A stretch of DNA of 64,000 nt, taken from assembly GCA_040285745.1 (NCBI GenBank), contig JAUFOR010000005.1, positions 558,001 through 622,000 on the forward strand. Reading direction: 5' to 3'. Positions 51,837 through 62,775 of this stretch are shown piece after piece (within the stretch, counting starts at the first letter, position 1; each line of letters opens with the position of its first letter). Position numbers and translations under genes: made by a program. The notes below the pieces were generated by a model. The model worked only from the letters and a program-made list of their open reading frames with translations. It did no database searches and was not told the origin of the DNA. Origin of the DNA: Barthelona sp. PCE. Taxonomy: Eukaryota.

Positions 51837-52535
51837 ATGGCCGAGAAGGAATTCACCACGAAGCGCAAGTTCAGGGATGTAAGAACACACAAGAATCCAT
51901 TTTCTGCTGATGATAAATTCCCACTTAACCCAGCTGAATTACAAGCTCGTTACGAAGACATATTCGCTTGTCTCCGCGATCCCAGCTACACAGGATCCAG
52001 AGAAGTCAATTTCCTTGATATTGGTAGTGGTTATGGTCGTTTGGAACAAATTATCGCTCCACAGTTTCCTGATAAACTCATGCTGGGCCTAGAGATCAGG
52101 CCAGACGCAGTAGCTATCTCTGAAAGAGAGCTGTTTAAATCAGGTGTGAAGAACGGTGCTTGCATCACTGCCAACACTATGATGCATTTACACTTATATT
52201 TCGAGCCTGAATCGCTTGAAAAGATCTTCATCCTTTACCCCGACCCACAGTTCAAGCGCTCCCAGTATCGCAGGAGGATTGTGCAGCAACAATTCCTGGA
52301 CACATACGCCTACCTATTGAAACCGGGTGGTCGTCTTTATATAGCAACAGATGTGGAACCCGTGTACCACTGGATCGAGACCCACCTCACAAGGCATGCC
52401 ATGTTTATTAGAGACAAGGCAGAGCAGGAAGATGAGATGTGGGAGCTGTATAGAACCTGTACTGATGACGCCCTGAGGGCTATGCGCAAGAAAGGCATGA
52501 CCGAGCCCTTCGCAGGTGTTTGGATTAAGCAGTAA
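51837..52535 (+). CDS. METTL1: tRNA (guanine-N7)-methyltransferase Trm8/METTL1
   Basis: RTHKNPF, FLDIGSGYG, LGLEIR, LYPDPQFK, YAYLLKPGG, ATDV. Confidence 0.93.
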   Translation: MAEKEFTTKRKFRDVRTHKNPFSADDKFPLNPAELQARYEDIFACLRDPSYTGSREVNFLDIGSGYGRLEQIIAPQFPDKLMLGLEIRPDAVAISERELFKSGVKNGACITANTMMHLHLYFEPESLEKIFILYPDPQFKRSQYRRRIVQQQFLDTYAYLLKPGGRLYIATDVEPVYHWIETHLTRHAMFIRDKAEQEDEMWELYRTCTDDALRAMRKKGMTEPFAGVWIKQ

Positions 52536-52542
52536 ACAGTGT

Positions 52543-54684
52543 TTAAATACTCATTTCTAATTCTGGCCCGTCAATCATGATGATCTCACAACTTTTAAGA
52601 TACGAAGCGAACGGGACAGAGCCGTTTCGTTTCAGACGGTGTAGTTTGTCATTGAAAACATCATCCATGAAATCCACACTACGGGATTGGTGACTATATT
52701 CCCACCTGCGGATGATACCATCCCCGATGATCTGCCCTTGGTGTTGAAGATAGCGGTGGACATCGTTCTCTATGTGCTCTGGCACAGCCCTTTCACTGAA
52801 TTGTAACACTGGCGTTTCATCGGTTTTTGGATCTAACTTGTAAAAATTCATTTTTCCATTCCCTTCATCAATAACACGATACAGGCATGCGCGAATCCAC
52901 ATTATTCCTTCAGGTACTTCCCTCCCTAAAACTACGGTTTGATCATCCCAATTGATGATAACAACACATGTTTTCGCTGAAACAGGTTCGTAGCACTTCC
53001 AAAAGAACACCCCCGGGTAATATTCGTGGTTGGTGAAGCTGCCCGGACCACCAAACGTATATGTGAAGTGTTTAGTGACGGTGATCATAGCCCTGCTTAT
53101 GTATTCAAACTCAAGGCAATGGATAATCTCTCCAGAGGCCAACACAAGTCGCCTATTGTCGTCAATGAAGCACGATGTGGCCCATTCATCTAACGTTGCG
53201 ATGACACAGTCCATTAAGCGGACATCATAAGTTTCGTTTGCATTATTTTCGTTGCAGGTTATGTAACCACATATATCTTTACCAATGATTCTGGTCATCC
53301 TTCTATGGTAGGCGAACTTTGTAATGAGTGGAGCATCCGTTGGAGCATCTAAATTGTACTCAAACAACCACTTACCCTTCTGTTGGCCCTTCTGTGAGTA
53401 GTCACAGAGAATTGCAATTGAACGATCGAAAGGGCAGTCGCGCATTCCGTTTTCGAACACATAATCAATAAAAAAACTGTGTGCGTAAAGAAAAGGAAAA
53501 CTTGGATTTTGCAGACGGAAACTAATAAATTTCCTAGGATACTCAATAAAAAAGATATTTATACTGCTATCATCCCACACCTGCAAGGTTTGGTTATTCC
53601 ACGAGTACAAATTCGTATGTATTTTAAACAATTGTTCTTCACGTGATTCAACTCTGGTGATGTGGCATAAAGGTCCGCTGTATAAATTATGACTCCCAAA
53701 TACACTTAGTTGCATCGTTTCTCTTCCAGCAAAGAGCTCTTCGGTGTCCATCTGTCGCATTGAAAAGGGCCTATAAGCAACGGTTTGATGTACTTTGCAT
53801 TCTCTTCTTGGTTCATCAACAAATAGAATACAACTTTCGTTGAATAAGTAGTAAACAAAGCCTTCCTCCGAGTATGAGCAGATGAAAACAGCAACATCTT
53901 GATAAGCAGCAGAAGAAAAAACAGAACTACTCAAGAAAGAATATTTCTTCTGAGTATTGTGATCCCAAAGCAGTGTTTCAGTGTCCTGTGCATCGTAAAA
54001 GTTGACAACATGCACCAGGCAGAGCGGAACGTTGATAATTCTAATGATTGTGTACTGATAACTGCTGTTGAAATTTGGGAATTTCGCTAAATTCTCCAAA
54101 TGTATCGAATTTTGATCTATGGGAGGGTTCCATGCACAGAAAGGCTGGTTATCCTCTATTGCATCAAAAATGCAAAGCGTAGGGGAAAAAACCGAACTAC
54201 GAAGAGAATGGGTGGTTGATATTGATGAAAGAATGCCAGTGTTAAGGTCAACGCAACACGTTTCTGATGCGTTAGTTTCTTTGTTGAAAATCGAAATTAC
54301 ACCAATAGTTAACGAAAAAATGGAAATTTCTTGAAATATCAATGTTTCTTCGATATCAATGGGTAAGACCACTTCTAAGGTCTTGACGAGGGATAGTTCA
54401 AAAGTATATATATCATCGATAGTATAGAAATGGATTACATTTGTTAAAAAATCATCGGAGGCTTCGATTTTCACAAGATATTGTCCATCAAGTGTGCTTT
54501 TTAAGCCTATAGGTACATCTTTGATTATACGAACGTCCATTTCATGAGTAGTAATACTGGAGTTTCTTTTGGCTGTTATGATTGTGTTGGAATTGTCAAA
54601 ATTTAAGGTTGCCCCTATGGATTCAAGTTCAATTTGGGTCATTGGATATTGAAAATGGAGAAAAAATGTTGTACAACATTCCAT
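52543..54684 (-). CDS. Uncharacterised 713-aa beta-rich protein
   Basis: Long intact ORF rich in aromatic and beta-branched residues; no motif recognised; alternative start at 54642. Confidence 0.6.
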   Translation of the reverse strand: MECCTTFFLHFQYPMTQIELESIGATLNFDNSNTIITAKRNSSITTHEMDVRIIKDVPIGLKSTLDGQYLVKIEASDDFLTNVIHFYTIDDIYTFELSLVKTLEVVLPIDIEETLIFQEISIFSLTIGVISIFNKETNASETCCVDLNTGILSSISTTHSLRSSVFSPTLCIFDAIEDNQPFCAWNPPIDQNSIHLENLAKFPNFNSSYQYTIIRIINVPLCLVHVVNFYDAQDTETLLWDHNTQKKYSFLSSSVFSSAAYQDVAVFICSYSEEGFVYYLFNESCILFVDEPRRECKVHQTVAYRPFSMRQMDTEELFAGRETMQLSVFGSHNLYSGPLCHITRVESREEQLFKIHTNLYSWNNQTLQVWDDSSINIFFIEYPRKFISFRLQNPSFPFLYAHSFFIDYVFENGMRDCPFDRSIAILCDYSQKGQQKGKWLFEYNLDAPTDAPLITKFAYHRRMTRIIGKDICGYITCNENNANETYDVRLMDCVIATLDEWATSCFIDDNRRLVLASGEIIHCLEFEYISRAMITVTKHFTYTFGGPGSFTNHEYYPGVFFWKCYEPVSAKTCVVIINWDDQTVVLGREVPEGIMWIRACLYRVIDEGNGKMNFYKLDPKTDETPVLQFSERAVPEHIENDVHRYLQHQGQIIGDGIIRRWEYSHQSRSVDFMDDVFNDKLHRLKRNGSVPFASYLKSCEIIMIDGPELEMSI

Positions 54685-55084
54685 ACTTTAATTACAATAA
54701 TTTTGTGATTGGGTCATGATTTATTTGGCATCTTCTATGCGTGTAGCGGCAATTTCATGATAAATTCGCCGAATTACAGTGAACTTCCAAAAAAGCTACT
54801 ATATATTGTTCGAGGCCAAAAAATGTAGGTGAACATCGCCAGTGAAGAAGAATCTCACATAAACAAGCATAGTAAAGTTTGATTGCTTAGTTCAAAATCT
54901 TATGATTTAGGTCCAAAGTGCTCTTTCATTTACTTTGGTTTATTAAGGACAAGAACTTTAAAAAGGCGAAGATAATCGCCCCATTTGGCTATTGTTATTG
55001 CTTGAGTACTGAAGAAACTTTAACATCTTGCAAAACTTAATTCTACCGCTTTCAACTTTTCAAAGTCGCTTTCAACTCATTCAA

Positions 55085-56119
55085 ATGTTTGGTTTCAAAA
55101 AATTATTCAACAAGGTCGGATCCGCTGTCCAGACCAATAATCAGAACCTCCAAAGAAATCAGCAACCTTTGAGCCTTGGCTCATTCACTGCTGGTGTCGT
55201 TGGTGCTGTTGCTGATGATAAGAGCCACCTTGGCCAGATGGCCAAATTCGGTTCTGATATCTATCGAGCAAAGAACCACGTTACTGGAACTGTTTCTGGT
55301 ATCAAGGAAAACGTCGAGGAGACTGTTAAGGCGCAAACCGAAGGTTTAGCCACAGTTGTACCTGTCCCTGCGAGTGAAAAAATCGCAGACCCCGACTACA
55401 TTCCCTTGCTGCCTACGGAATTCACCGCTACAATCAAGATGACCACCCCTGTCGGTATTGCCAAGGGCTCTATGTACGTTAGCGACACTTACCTCGTTGA
55501 GCGTACAGATGTCACCGTTCTAGGCGCCCCTACATCGACAGCAAAGTTCTACGGACATGGTCTTGAATTTTCATGTACAGACGGTTCTGGTAGCAATTAC
55601 GAACAGAAGGAGTTAAACGCTCACATGGTATCTTACAACGTCCCCTGCCTAGCTGTGTATGCTGGTCAGTTCTACGTTGAAGGCCAGCTCTGTTTTATGT
55701 ATGAGCTTCCCGTCAGTGAAGAGGTCCTGTTCTCTGCTAAGTACTATGTTGCTTACATTAACAACTGCTGGACCCTGCGTTATCTCGATTACACCACCCT
55801 CGGTATGAAAACATCTGTTCTTTTTGAAGATTTCAGAGCTGGAGTTGACTACAACCTCTTCCAGAGCTTCAACCTTCCAGAAGTTCAGACTGTTGAGTAT
55901 CCTGTCCGTGTCCGTAACGGTATGAACGGTCACAAGATTGACAACGGTGTAGTCCGCATTAACGGACTCGAAATGCCCATCACCTCTTCTAAGGCTGTCT
56001 TCACTCTCGATAAGGGTGAGTACACCCTCAGCGTTGAGGCAGAAGGCTACGAGCCACGTACCCAGCAGATTTTCATCGGCGGTCCTCAATCCCTTCTCAT
56101 TTGTTTGAAACCATTTTAA
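55085..56119 (+). CDS. Protein with a possible ependymin/LolA-like domain and a C-terminal PEGA/carboxypeptidase-regulatory-like domain
   Basis: PLLPTEFTATIKM..GSMYVSD..ERTD; TLDKGEYTLSVEAEGYEP; codon usage like the highly expressed genes. Confidence 0.55.
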   Translation: MFGFKKLFNKVGSAVQTNNQNLQRNQQPLSLGSFTAGVVGAVADDKSHLGQMAKFGSDIYRAKNHVTGTVSGIKENVEETVKAQTEGLATVVPVPASEKIADPDYIPLLPTEFTATIKMTTPVGIAKGSMYVSDTYLVERTDVTVLGAPTSTAKFYGHGLEFSCTDGSGSNYEQKELNAHMVSYNVPCLAVYAGQFYVEGQLCFMYELPVSEEVLFSAKYYVAYINNCWTLRYLDYTTLGMKTSVLFEDFRAGVDYNLFQSFNLPEVQTVEYPVRVRNGMNGHKIDNGVVRINGLEMPITSSKAVFTLDKGEYTLSVEAEGYEPRTQQIFIGGPQSLLICLKPF

Positions 56120-56221
56120 GCGACTTTAACCCTCGTATCCAGGCCAGTTTTGCCACCACGTTTTGCCCCTTTGAAGTGCCTGGTGCGAGATCATTAATAA
56201 ACTTTATTTCTATAATTTCAT

Positions 56222-57481
56222 TTATTCATAAACAATATACTCATCATCCACTGGATGGTTGACTTGAAAATTCTCCGTTCTATCAATGTCCCTAATAGTT
56301 TTTCCGTTCCAATACCATTTATGGTTTTCCTCATCAACAAGATCAAAAAACATATTGACATGTTTAACGTCGTTTTCATTACGATACGCCCTGTACGCCC
56401 TCTGGTTGTTCTCTAGCTTGGTCTTCTCCTCCGTCGCCTTCTCCTGGTCATCATGGTGCAAAGCATAAGTGACGTGTCTCCAAAATCGGCGACTCTCAAA
56501 TGGGTTCATCTTACGTGCTGGTATCACTGTTTTCTCATGATACGGCTCTGTTACGTGGAAGAAAGGCATCTCTTCTTTTGTTTCAGCATCTTTGATACTC
56601 AATTCGGTTGACCAAGTACCAGTTACCTCGAACAATTTCTCTTGTGTTTCTCGTTCATCAGTCTCAACTCCACGCTTTATCTTCGGCGTGTACGTGCTGA
56701 TACGCGCACGGACACCATCCATTTGCCCAAAGAAGATTCCTTTCTGCTTGAATTCGATATTACATTGCAACCCCAGTTGCTTTGAAAAAATTTCGCATTC
56801 ATCTCCCATTTGCATATGGGTGGTGCCTATGAACACGCCCTTGACGTATGTGCGAGGATAAGTAATAAACCATTCATCCTTTTCGCCAGTCGTCTTGTTT
56901 GTAAAGGTTAGGGTACATGTTCCATCTGATATAACTGACGCGCTGTTACCACTGAACTTAGACTTGAAGAGGATTGAACCTTGGTATTCGATATTGACGT
57001 TCTCAGTCTCACAAGAATAGACAAATGCGCTAACTGGTGGATGATGACAAACTTGTTCACAGAGAAGCTCAGAGTGAAATTCTGGCCAGCTGCAGTGGAA
57101 GAACTCGCCCAACATCGGATTGTAGGGCTTTTTGACGCCTAAAGGACGTACATGAAAGCCAGAAATAAACCATTTGGTGACAGCAACAAGTCTTTCAACT
57201 CCTTCTAGTTTTGCAGCTTCAACCAGTAGTTGGGGATGCGCAAAGAAATCTCCTAACTTCTCCAAAAATGATCTCGGTTCGAGAATAAATGTGGGGAGTG
57301 TAATTTTGCTAAGATCAGAACCAATTGATACCTGAGAGAGCAGGCCCTTTAGGATTGATCTCGAGGGAGCATCTTCATGTTCCTCAAGTGTGATTTGGTC
57401 AAGCTCAACATTACCCGTTAGCAAATCAGAGCGTTGAGGGAAATAATCTGGGTGTGTGAGGTCGTTAGGTACGTCTGTCAT
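56222..57481 (-). CDS. Oxysterol-binding protein-related protein (ORD only)
   Basis: DLSKITLPTFILEPRSFLEK, KKPYNPMLGEFF, EQVCHHPPVSAF, KTKLENNQR; ATG at 57481. Confidence 0.93.
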   Translation of the reverse strand: MTDVPNDLTHPDYFPQRSDLLTGNVELDQITLEEHEDAPSRSILKGLLSQVSIGSDLSKITLPTFILEPRSFLEKLGDFFAHPQLLVEAAKLEGVERLVAVTKWFISGFHVRPLGVKKPYNPMLGEFFHCSWPEFHSELLCEQVCHHPPVSAFVYSCETENVNIEYQGSILFKSKFSGNSASVISDGTCTLTFTNKTTGEKDEWFITYPRTYVKGVFIGTTHMQMGDECEIFSKQLGLQCNIEFKQKGIFFGQMDGVRARISTYTPKIKRGVETDERETQEKLFEVTGTWSTELSIKDAETKEEMPFFHVTEPYHEKTVIPARKMNPFESRRFWRHVTYALHHDDQEKATEEKTKLENNQRAYRAYRNENDVKHVNMFFDLVDEENHKWYWNGKTIRDIDRTENFQVNHPVDDEYIVYE

Positions 57482-57723
57482 TACCTTAACGTTATGCAAA
57501 AAACGTTTTTAAATGAAGAAAACAAAAAAAGCGTAAGCAAGAAAAAAGTGTGGATCTGTTAGTTTATGTTATTTTTTCTGATAATTAGTACACTGGTGTG
57601 GATACAGTCCCAGTGTCATACTCTATATGGACCTAAACATTTCTCAAAAAGCTGTTAAAAAGCTGTTTCGACTTATCTCACTTCATTCGACTTATTTTTA
57701 ATTTTAATTGTGTGTCATAGTAG

Positions 57724-58032
57724 ATGCTGTTTTGTCCTATTTGTGGGAGCATGGTAATAGTTGATGCATCATCACGTATTTCATTATATTGTCCAGATTG
57801 TCCTTTTACGAATCAAATAGAGGAGCAAATCATTGAAAATAAGGTCACACCACGTAAGGTAGAGGAGGTTGTCACAGATAACTTTGATTCATACGATAAA
57901 ACTAGGGAGGAATGTCCAGAATGTTCACATCATTCAGCGTTTTATTTTACACTGCAAATTCGTTCTGCAGACGAGCCTTCTACCATCTTTTATCAATGTG
58001 AGGGTTGTCAACATCGTTGGAGAAGTGACTAG
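57724..58032 (+). CDS. POLR3K: RNA polymerase III subunit C11 (RPC10)
   Basis: MLFCPICGSMV zinc ribbon; CPECSH..AFYFTLQIRSADEPSTIFYQC..C.HRWR. Confidence 0.9.
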   Translation: MLFCPICGSMVIVDASSRISLYCPDCPFTNQIEEQIIENKVTPRKVEEVVTDNFDSYDKTREECPECSHHSAFYFTLQIRSADEPSTIFYQCEGCQHRWRSD

Positions 58033-58169
58033 AGATCAGATTAAATCTTTGGTAAGCTTTTACAGAGGGATCTGGCTTGGAAGCCGTCATACAGCTGTTG
58101 TATGAGTACCAGAGCACGCAAAACAAGCGCTCGACCTCAAGTAGTAAATGTCAAGTTAAAAATCAAGTA

Positions 58170-58388
58170 TCATTTTAAAACCACGTTAAGAGGCGCGTTT
58201 GCCTTTGAATGATGGATTAGATTCATTACATTGTTATAGTCCTCCTCAAGGACACCCTGTTGATCGTGAAGATCCTGTAATTTGACCTTCAGATCAGATA
58301 TGTTCATTTCAACGATTTGCAACACGTTAATGACCTCTTCTGTGGTCAGGCATTCTGCGTTGGTCACTACCGTATCAAGCGCGTTCAT
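58170..58388 (-). CDS. Small coiled-coil protein (possibly SCOC-like)
   Basis: 72-aa heptad ORF from ATG 58388. Confidence 0.45.
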   Translation of the reverse strand: MNALDTVVTNAECLTTEEVINVLQIVEMNISDLKVKLQDLHDQQGVLEEDYNNVMNLIHHSKANAPLNVVLK

Positions 58389-58611
58389 TTGTAAGCTTAA
58401 AAATTGACTGTTAACAATCGAATAAGGATAATATTGGTAAAACATACACTTTATTAGTTTTCAGGTTTGTTCATAGGCCAGGCGGAGCTAAATACTTAAA
58501 ATACAGTATTTTACCTTGTTGAATAATGTAAAGGTGACGAAAAACAGTATTTTCCGATTTCATTCCCTTTCTAATATTTTTTGAAGGTTTTTCACTCACT
58601 TTCTTATTTAA

Positions 58612-61600
58612 ATGAACACCGTCAAGTTGGAAAGCACCATCGCCCAGGCGAAAAGTACGTTCTTATAATTCTTAAAAACAAAACACACTAATACCTAGCA
58701 TCTATCGAACTTGAGGCACCAAAGCAGGCTATCAGCGTTCTTTCAGATTTCCTGAACACCAGGAATAATTACAACGAAGTCAATATGGATCTTCTTCGTG
58801 AAGCAGTTAGCATTCTTGCCGATCTATGTGTCAAGACCAAGACTCTCAACAACATTAAGCAATGTTTCAACACATTCCGTACTAGAGTTCAGTCTAGCGC
58901 AATGGAACGCACTTTTAATGCTTGTGTTACTGATTTTTGGACACTTGCAAACAACACATTTAAGGGATTCCAGGAGTACATTGCTGGCGCTAACCAGGAG
59001 TACGTAGCTGCTCTCAAGCATCTCAACCCCAGCTTCCTACTGAAGTTTTCATTAGAAAGATCCGAAGAGGAGGTGACCGAGCTCCAAGAGTTAGAGGAGG
59101 TTGTCAACTACGCCAACCGCTTTTACTTCGAGGCAGCCCGTATCTCATTTGAGGCACTTCGTTTCACTCCTTCATGGGAAGAGAAGTACTCTGAGATTGT
59201 TTTGGAGGCAGTCAACCACCTTATCGAAAACAGGAACGGAAACCACCTGAAGAAGACGCTCAAGGCCATTCACACTCATTGCGACTGTATGATTGCGTAC
59301 CTGACTCCTGCCGAGGGAGAGAAGTGCAAGTCTGGCTTCAAGGACACAAAATCAAAACTTGTGCATTTCGAGCTCCGTTCAAAGATCTTTAGCTTGTTGG
59401 CCAACAGCTGCTACGGTGGTTACTTAACTGACATGAAGCTCGATCTGCTCACTGACATTGTCAAGCTCGAGCGTCTCATTGCTGGTGATGACATCACAGT
59501 TCTTAAGACAGACGAGCGTGTTAAGGATCACCTCGAGCGCATCTGTAGCTTTTTGCTCGACCAAGACCTGCCTTATCTTCACTGTAGGTTCATCCTCAAG
59601 CTGTTGGAGTTTGCCACCACTCCCGAAGATCTCACACGTTACATCAACCACTTTGTTGTTGTTTTGTCATGTGCTCCCACCCAGACCGACCATCTCCTTA
59701 AGTTGGGCAAGACTGCGCTGTCAGATTGCACTCACTCACGTCTCGAATCTCTCCAGTTGCAGAGATACTCTTCTCTCTTGCATCAGTTGCTCCCCGGTGA
59801 GTCCACCCCCTCTTTCCAGTCCCTCCGAAAGATGCTTTTGGACCAGCACCCCGCATACTACTCTTGTATTAGTCCCGTCGTTGCTGAATTATTCAACGTC
59901 ATTTCGTTGAAGCAGACTGTGGCGGTCAAGCCCCTGATGAGCCTTGAGACCCGACTTATTGAGTTCCTTGGCGAGTTCAACGGTCCTTTCTCCGTTGAAC
60001 CTGTTGTCAAATTGGTTCGTAACACGATGCTCGTCCGAAAGTCCATCTCCACAACGACCATCCACAAGACTTCCTCCCTTGATAAGTCAGGTCTTGATGT
60101 CTCCAAGAAGAACATTGGTGTCCTGCAGAGACTCGCACGTAAGCAGGTCCTCAACACTAAGCTCGATCTTCGTACAAAGACAATCAAGCCAACTCGTCAG
60201 CCCGATACTCTCATTGGCAAGCCCTTTGGCCTCATCCGTCGTTTCAAGCGTGAGGCTTATCGTAACGGTAGCGAGCATACGCTTTACGTTGACGATCTTC
60301 GTGAAACTGTCCGCATGGAGCAGGAGAAGACCCGTGAACGCTATCTAATCTCTGTGGAGCGTCATGAGCGTCTCGTCACCCAGCGTCAGGAGCGTATGCA
60401 GCAGAAGATGAGCGTGGAGGAGCGCATTCGCTTCAACCAAGAGCAAAAACGTAAGCAACAGTTGGCACTCGAGCAAGAACGCAAAGATTTGGCCTTTAAG
60501 AAGAAGGCTGAGGAGGAAGCTGAGAAGGAGAAGCTCCTTAAGAATCTCACTCTTCTATCTGGTGAGAACAACGTCGTTGGTACTGCCATGATTAAGAAGC
60601 TCACAGTCACTGATCTAAAGGAGAAGGTTGATGCTGAGCAGAAGAAGCTGAGGAAGGATGCGTCCAAGAAGACAAAGAAGATTCAGCATTACGTCGCTAA
60701 TGTTTCCGCCTTTGATAAGGCACTTAAAGAGAGTGTTGTACCCGATCTCCACGCTTTGCACGAGCAGAGCATCGAGGAGGAGATGGTCAAGCACGAGCAG
60801 CGTAAGGAGCGTATCAAGACCAACCATCACCGTCACTTCGAGGTTTGCACTCGTATCAAGTCGGATATTGAGCCATTACTCCCTCTACTCGCACCCTTTA
60901 TTGATGAACAGCGTGACAACTACAGTGTCATCCACCAGGAGAAGATCGATGCTCAACAGGATCACCTCAATGGTCTTCGTCACTCAATTCGTCGTGATAA
61001 CCACTCCAAGATTCTCTCTGCACTTTCCAGTCTTCGTGAGAAGCTGAAGCTCGATGAAGCCCGTCGCCGTTCAGAGGCAGATCGCAAGGAACGTGATCGT
61101 CAACGTGAAGCCGAAATCTCTCAGTCTCGCGAACAGAGCAAGGCATACAGCGCTTCAGATCTTCTGGCTATGAGTAGACAGAAAAAGAGTTCAAAGAAGA
61201 ACAAAGATGAACCCGTACAACAAGAACGCCCCACCGAGCGTGTTGCACCCATGGATCGCCCTGTTGGATCTGTTGACATGCCTGAGCGCAAGTCTAACGC
61301 CACTACTACTAGGAAGGTAAAGAAGTTGACAATGAAGATGATGAAGCAACTTAAGGCTAAGAAGGCTCAGAGAATAACACAAGAACAGTCAGAAGAGCCT
61401 GCTGCTCAATCACAGCCTGAAAGTAAGGTTGTCCAGTTTGATGTAAGTGGCAGTAAGCGTGAGCGTGAGCGTCCGCGCCGCCGTGAAGATCGTCCTCGTC
61501 GTTATGAAGAGCGTCCTCGTGAAGATCGCAGACGTGAGGAGACTCAGTTCACTGAGCCACCCAAGCGCACTACTGGTGCTAAGAAGACAGGTATGACCAA

Positions 61601-61637
61601 AGCAGAGATGCTTGCTGCCAAGCGTAGAAGAAAGTAA
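58612..61637 (+). CDS. EIF3A: Translation initiation factor eIF3 subunit A (divergent), 2 exons (58612-58654, 58699-61637)
   Basis: Spliced N-terminus LESTIAQAKTSIELEAPKQAISVLSDFL; helical PCI-like body, long charged coiled coil, R/E/D-rich tail. Confidence 0.7.
58655..58698 (+). other. Spliceosomal intron, 44 nt (eIF3a)
   Basis: GTACGT...ACTAATACCTAG; phase 1, extends the ORF to the upstream ATG. Confidence 0.8.
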
Positions 61638-61653
61638 GTAATAAACAATAAAT

Positions 61654-62298
61654 CTAACGTTTTACAGGTTGTGGAACAGGTTTCATCCCTTCATTCTTTT
61701 GGATTTGATCTTTGGAGTTTCTTAAGAATGAACTGAGTCTGTGAGGTATATTTTTCACCATTCCGAACTGTAAAAGAGCATTTATGACCTGCTGCAGCAA
61801 TTGTGGATTGCCCTTCAAGGTGTTTGATAATGTATCTGGATTTGTATCATACAGACGCTTCATGTCTTTCAGCAATTCGTACTGCATGCCTTGATCAAGC
61901 ACCTCAGGAACAACCGGCTTTGGTGCAACGGGGTGTTGGTGGTGTGGTTGTTGTGGTTGTGAGGCTATGGGACGCATATGTGATTGACGTGGCTCTTGAT
62001 GATGCTGTTGCTGAGGCCGCCTCTGCTCATGTTGCTGAGCTGTTCTTGCCTTATTCTTATTGCCTGGTCGTAGGAACAACCGTTGTCCTTTAACTTGAAT
62101 AGTATCCAAAGCTAAAACTTTTTGCTGTGCTTCTTCAGTTTTCAACTTAACAAAACCGATATTCTTGTTTGGGATAAAGTGCATGCCCTGGATCATATGT
62201 GTACCCTGTAATGTTTGACTTAGAACTTGAGCTAAATCATTTTCGCGAATACCCGGTATAAGCCCACCTACGAATATGTCGAAGGTATTTGTATTCAT
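61654..62298 (-). CDS. CSTF2: Cleavage stimulation factor CstF-64/Rna15-like (RRM + hinge)
   Basis: N-terminal RRM (IFVGGL, IGFVKL); hinge QYELLKDMKRLYDTNPDTLSNTLKGNPQL. Confidence 0.72.
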   Translation of the reverse strand: MNTNTFDIFVGGLIPGIRENDLAQVLSQTLQGTHMIQGMHFIPNKNIGFVKLKTEEAQQKVLALDTIQVKGQRLFLRPGNKNKARTAQQHEQRRPQQQHHQEPRQSHMRPIASQPQQPHHQHPVAPKPVVPEVLDQGMQYELLKDMKRLYDTNPDTLSNTLKGNPQLLQQVINALLQFGMVKNIPHRLSSFLRNSKDQIQKNEGMKPVPQPVKR

Positions 62299-62775
62299 AC
62301 GTGTGTGATTCTTGTGTGTAAAAAAGTTACCAACTGTAAAACCACTGATAATGGGAATAATTGCGATTTAAGCTTTTTTTATTATCATGTGTACTAGAAC
62401 AGGGTTAGTATCGGGCTTTGATCCTTGAAAAAGCTGATAAATTACTCAATAAACTTGTTTCATGTGACAGGCAAGCCAGGGGTCCTAACGGTCTTGTTTA
62501 ACTATTTTGCCCCTTTTTCTTTGTTCATCATTCCTGTTTCAGCATATTATTGCATATGACATCATCACTGAAGTATGTATCAAACGTTTACGATGTTTGT
62601 CAAGTTTTTTGGCTTTCATTCGTATTCGTTGCTTTAAAGAGTCCATTCAACGGACACACTCACGTTTAGTTTATGGTTACAGAACAAGAACAATGATAAA
62701 TTTGCCTCATTGCCTGTTACACTTTATACAGACTTGGGAACTTTATATACTTCAGTAAGCGCTCTTTTGTCGCCA

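Noticed and set aside
62401-62408. AGGGTTAG (CTAACCCT on the minus strand) as a telomerase template, within a weakly paired region 62398-62498
   Set aside because: An 8-nt match is expected by chance; no convincing pseudoknot context; telomere repeat unknown
62524-62570. GTGATGA..CTGA..ATGATGA on the minus strand as a box C/D snoRNA
   Set aside because: No terminal D box after the second C-like box and no terminal stem
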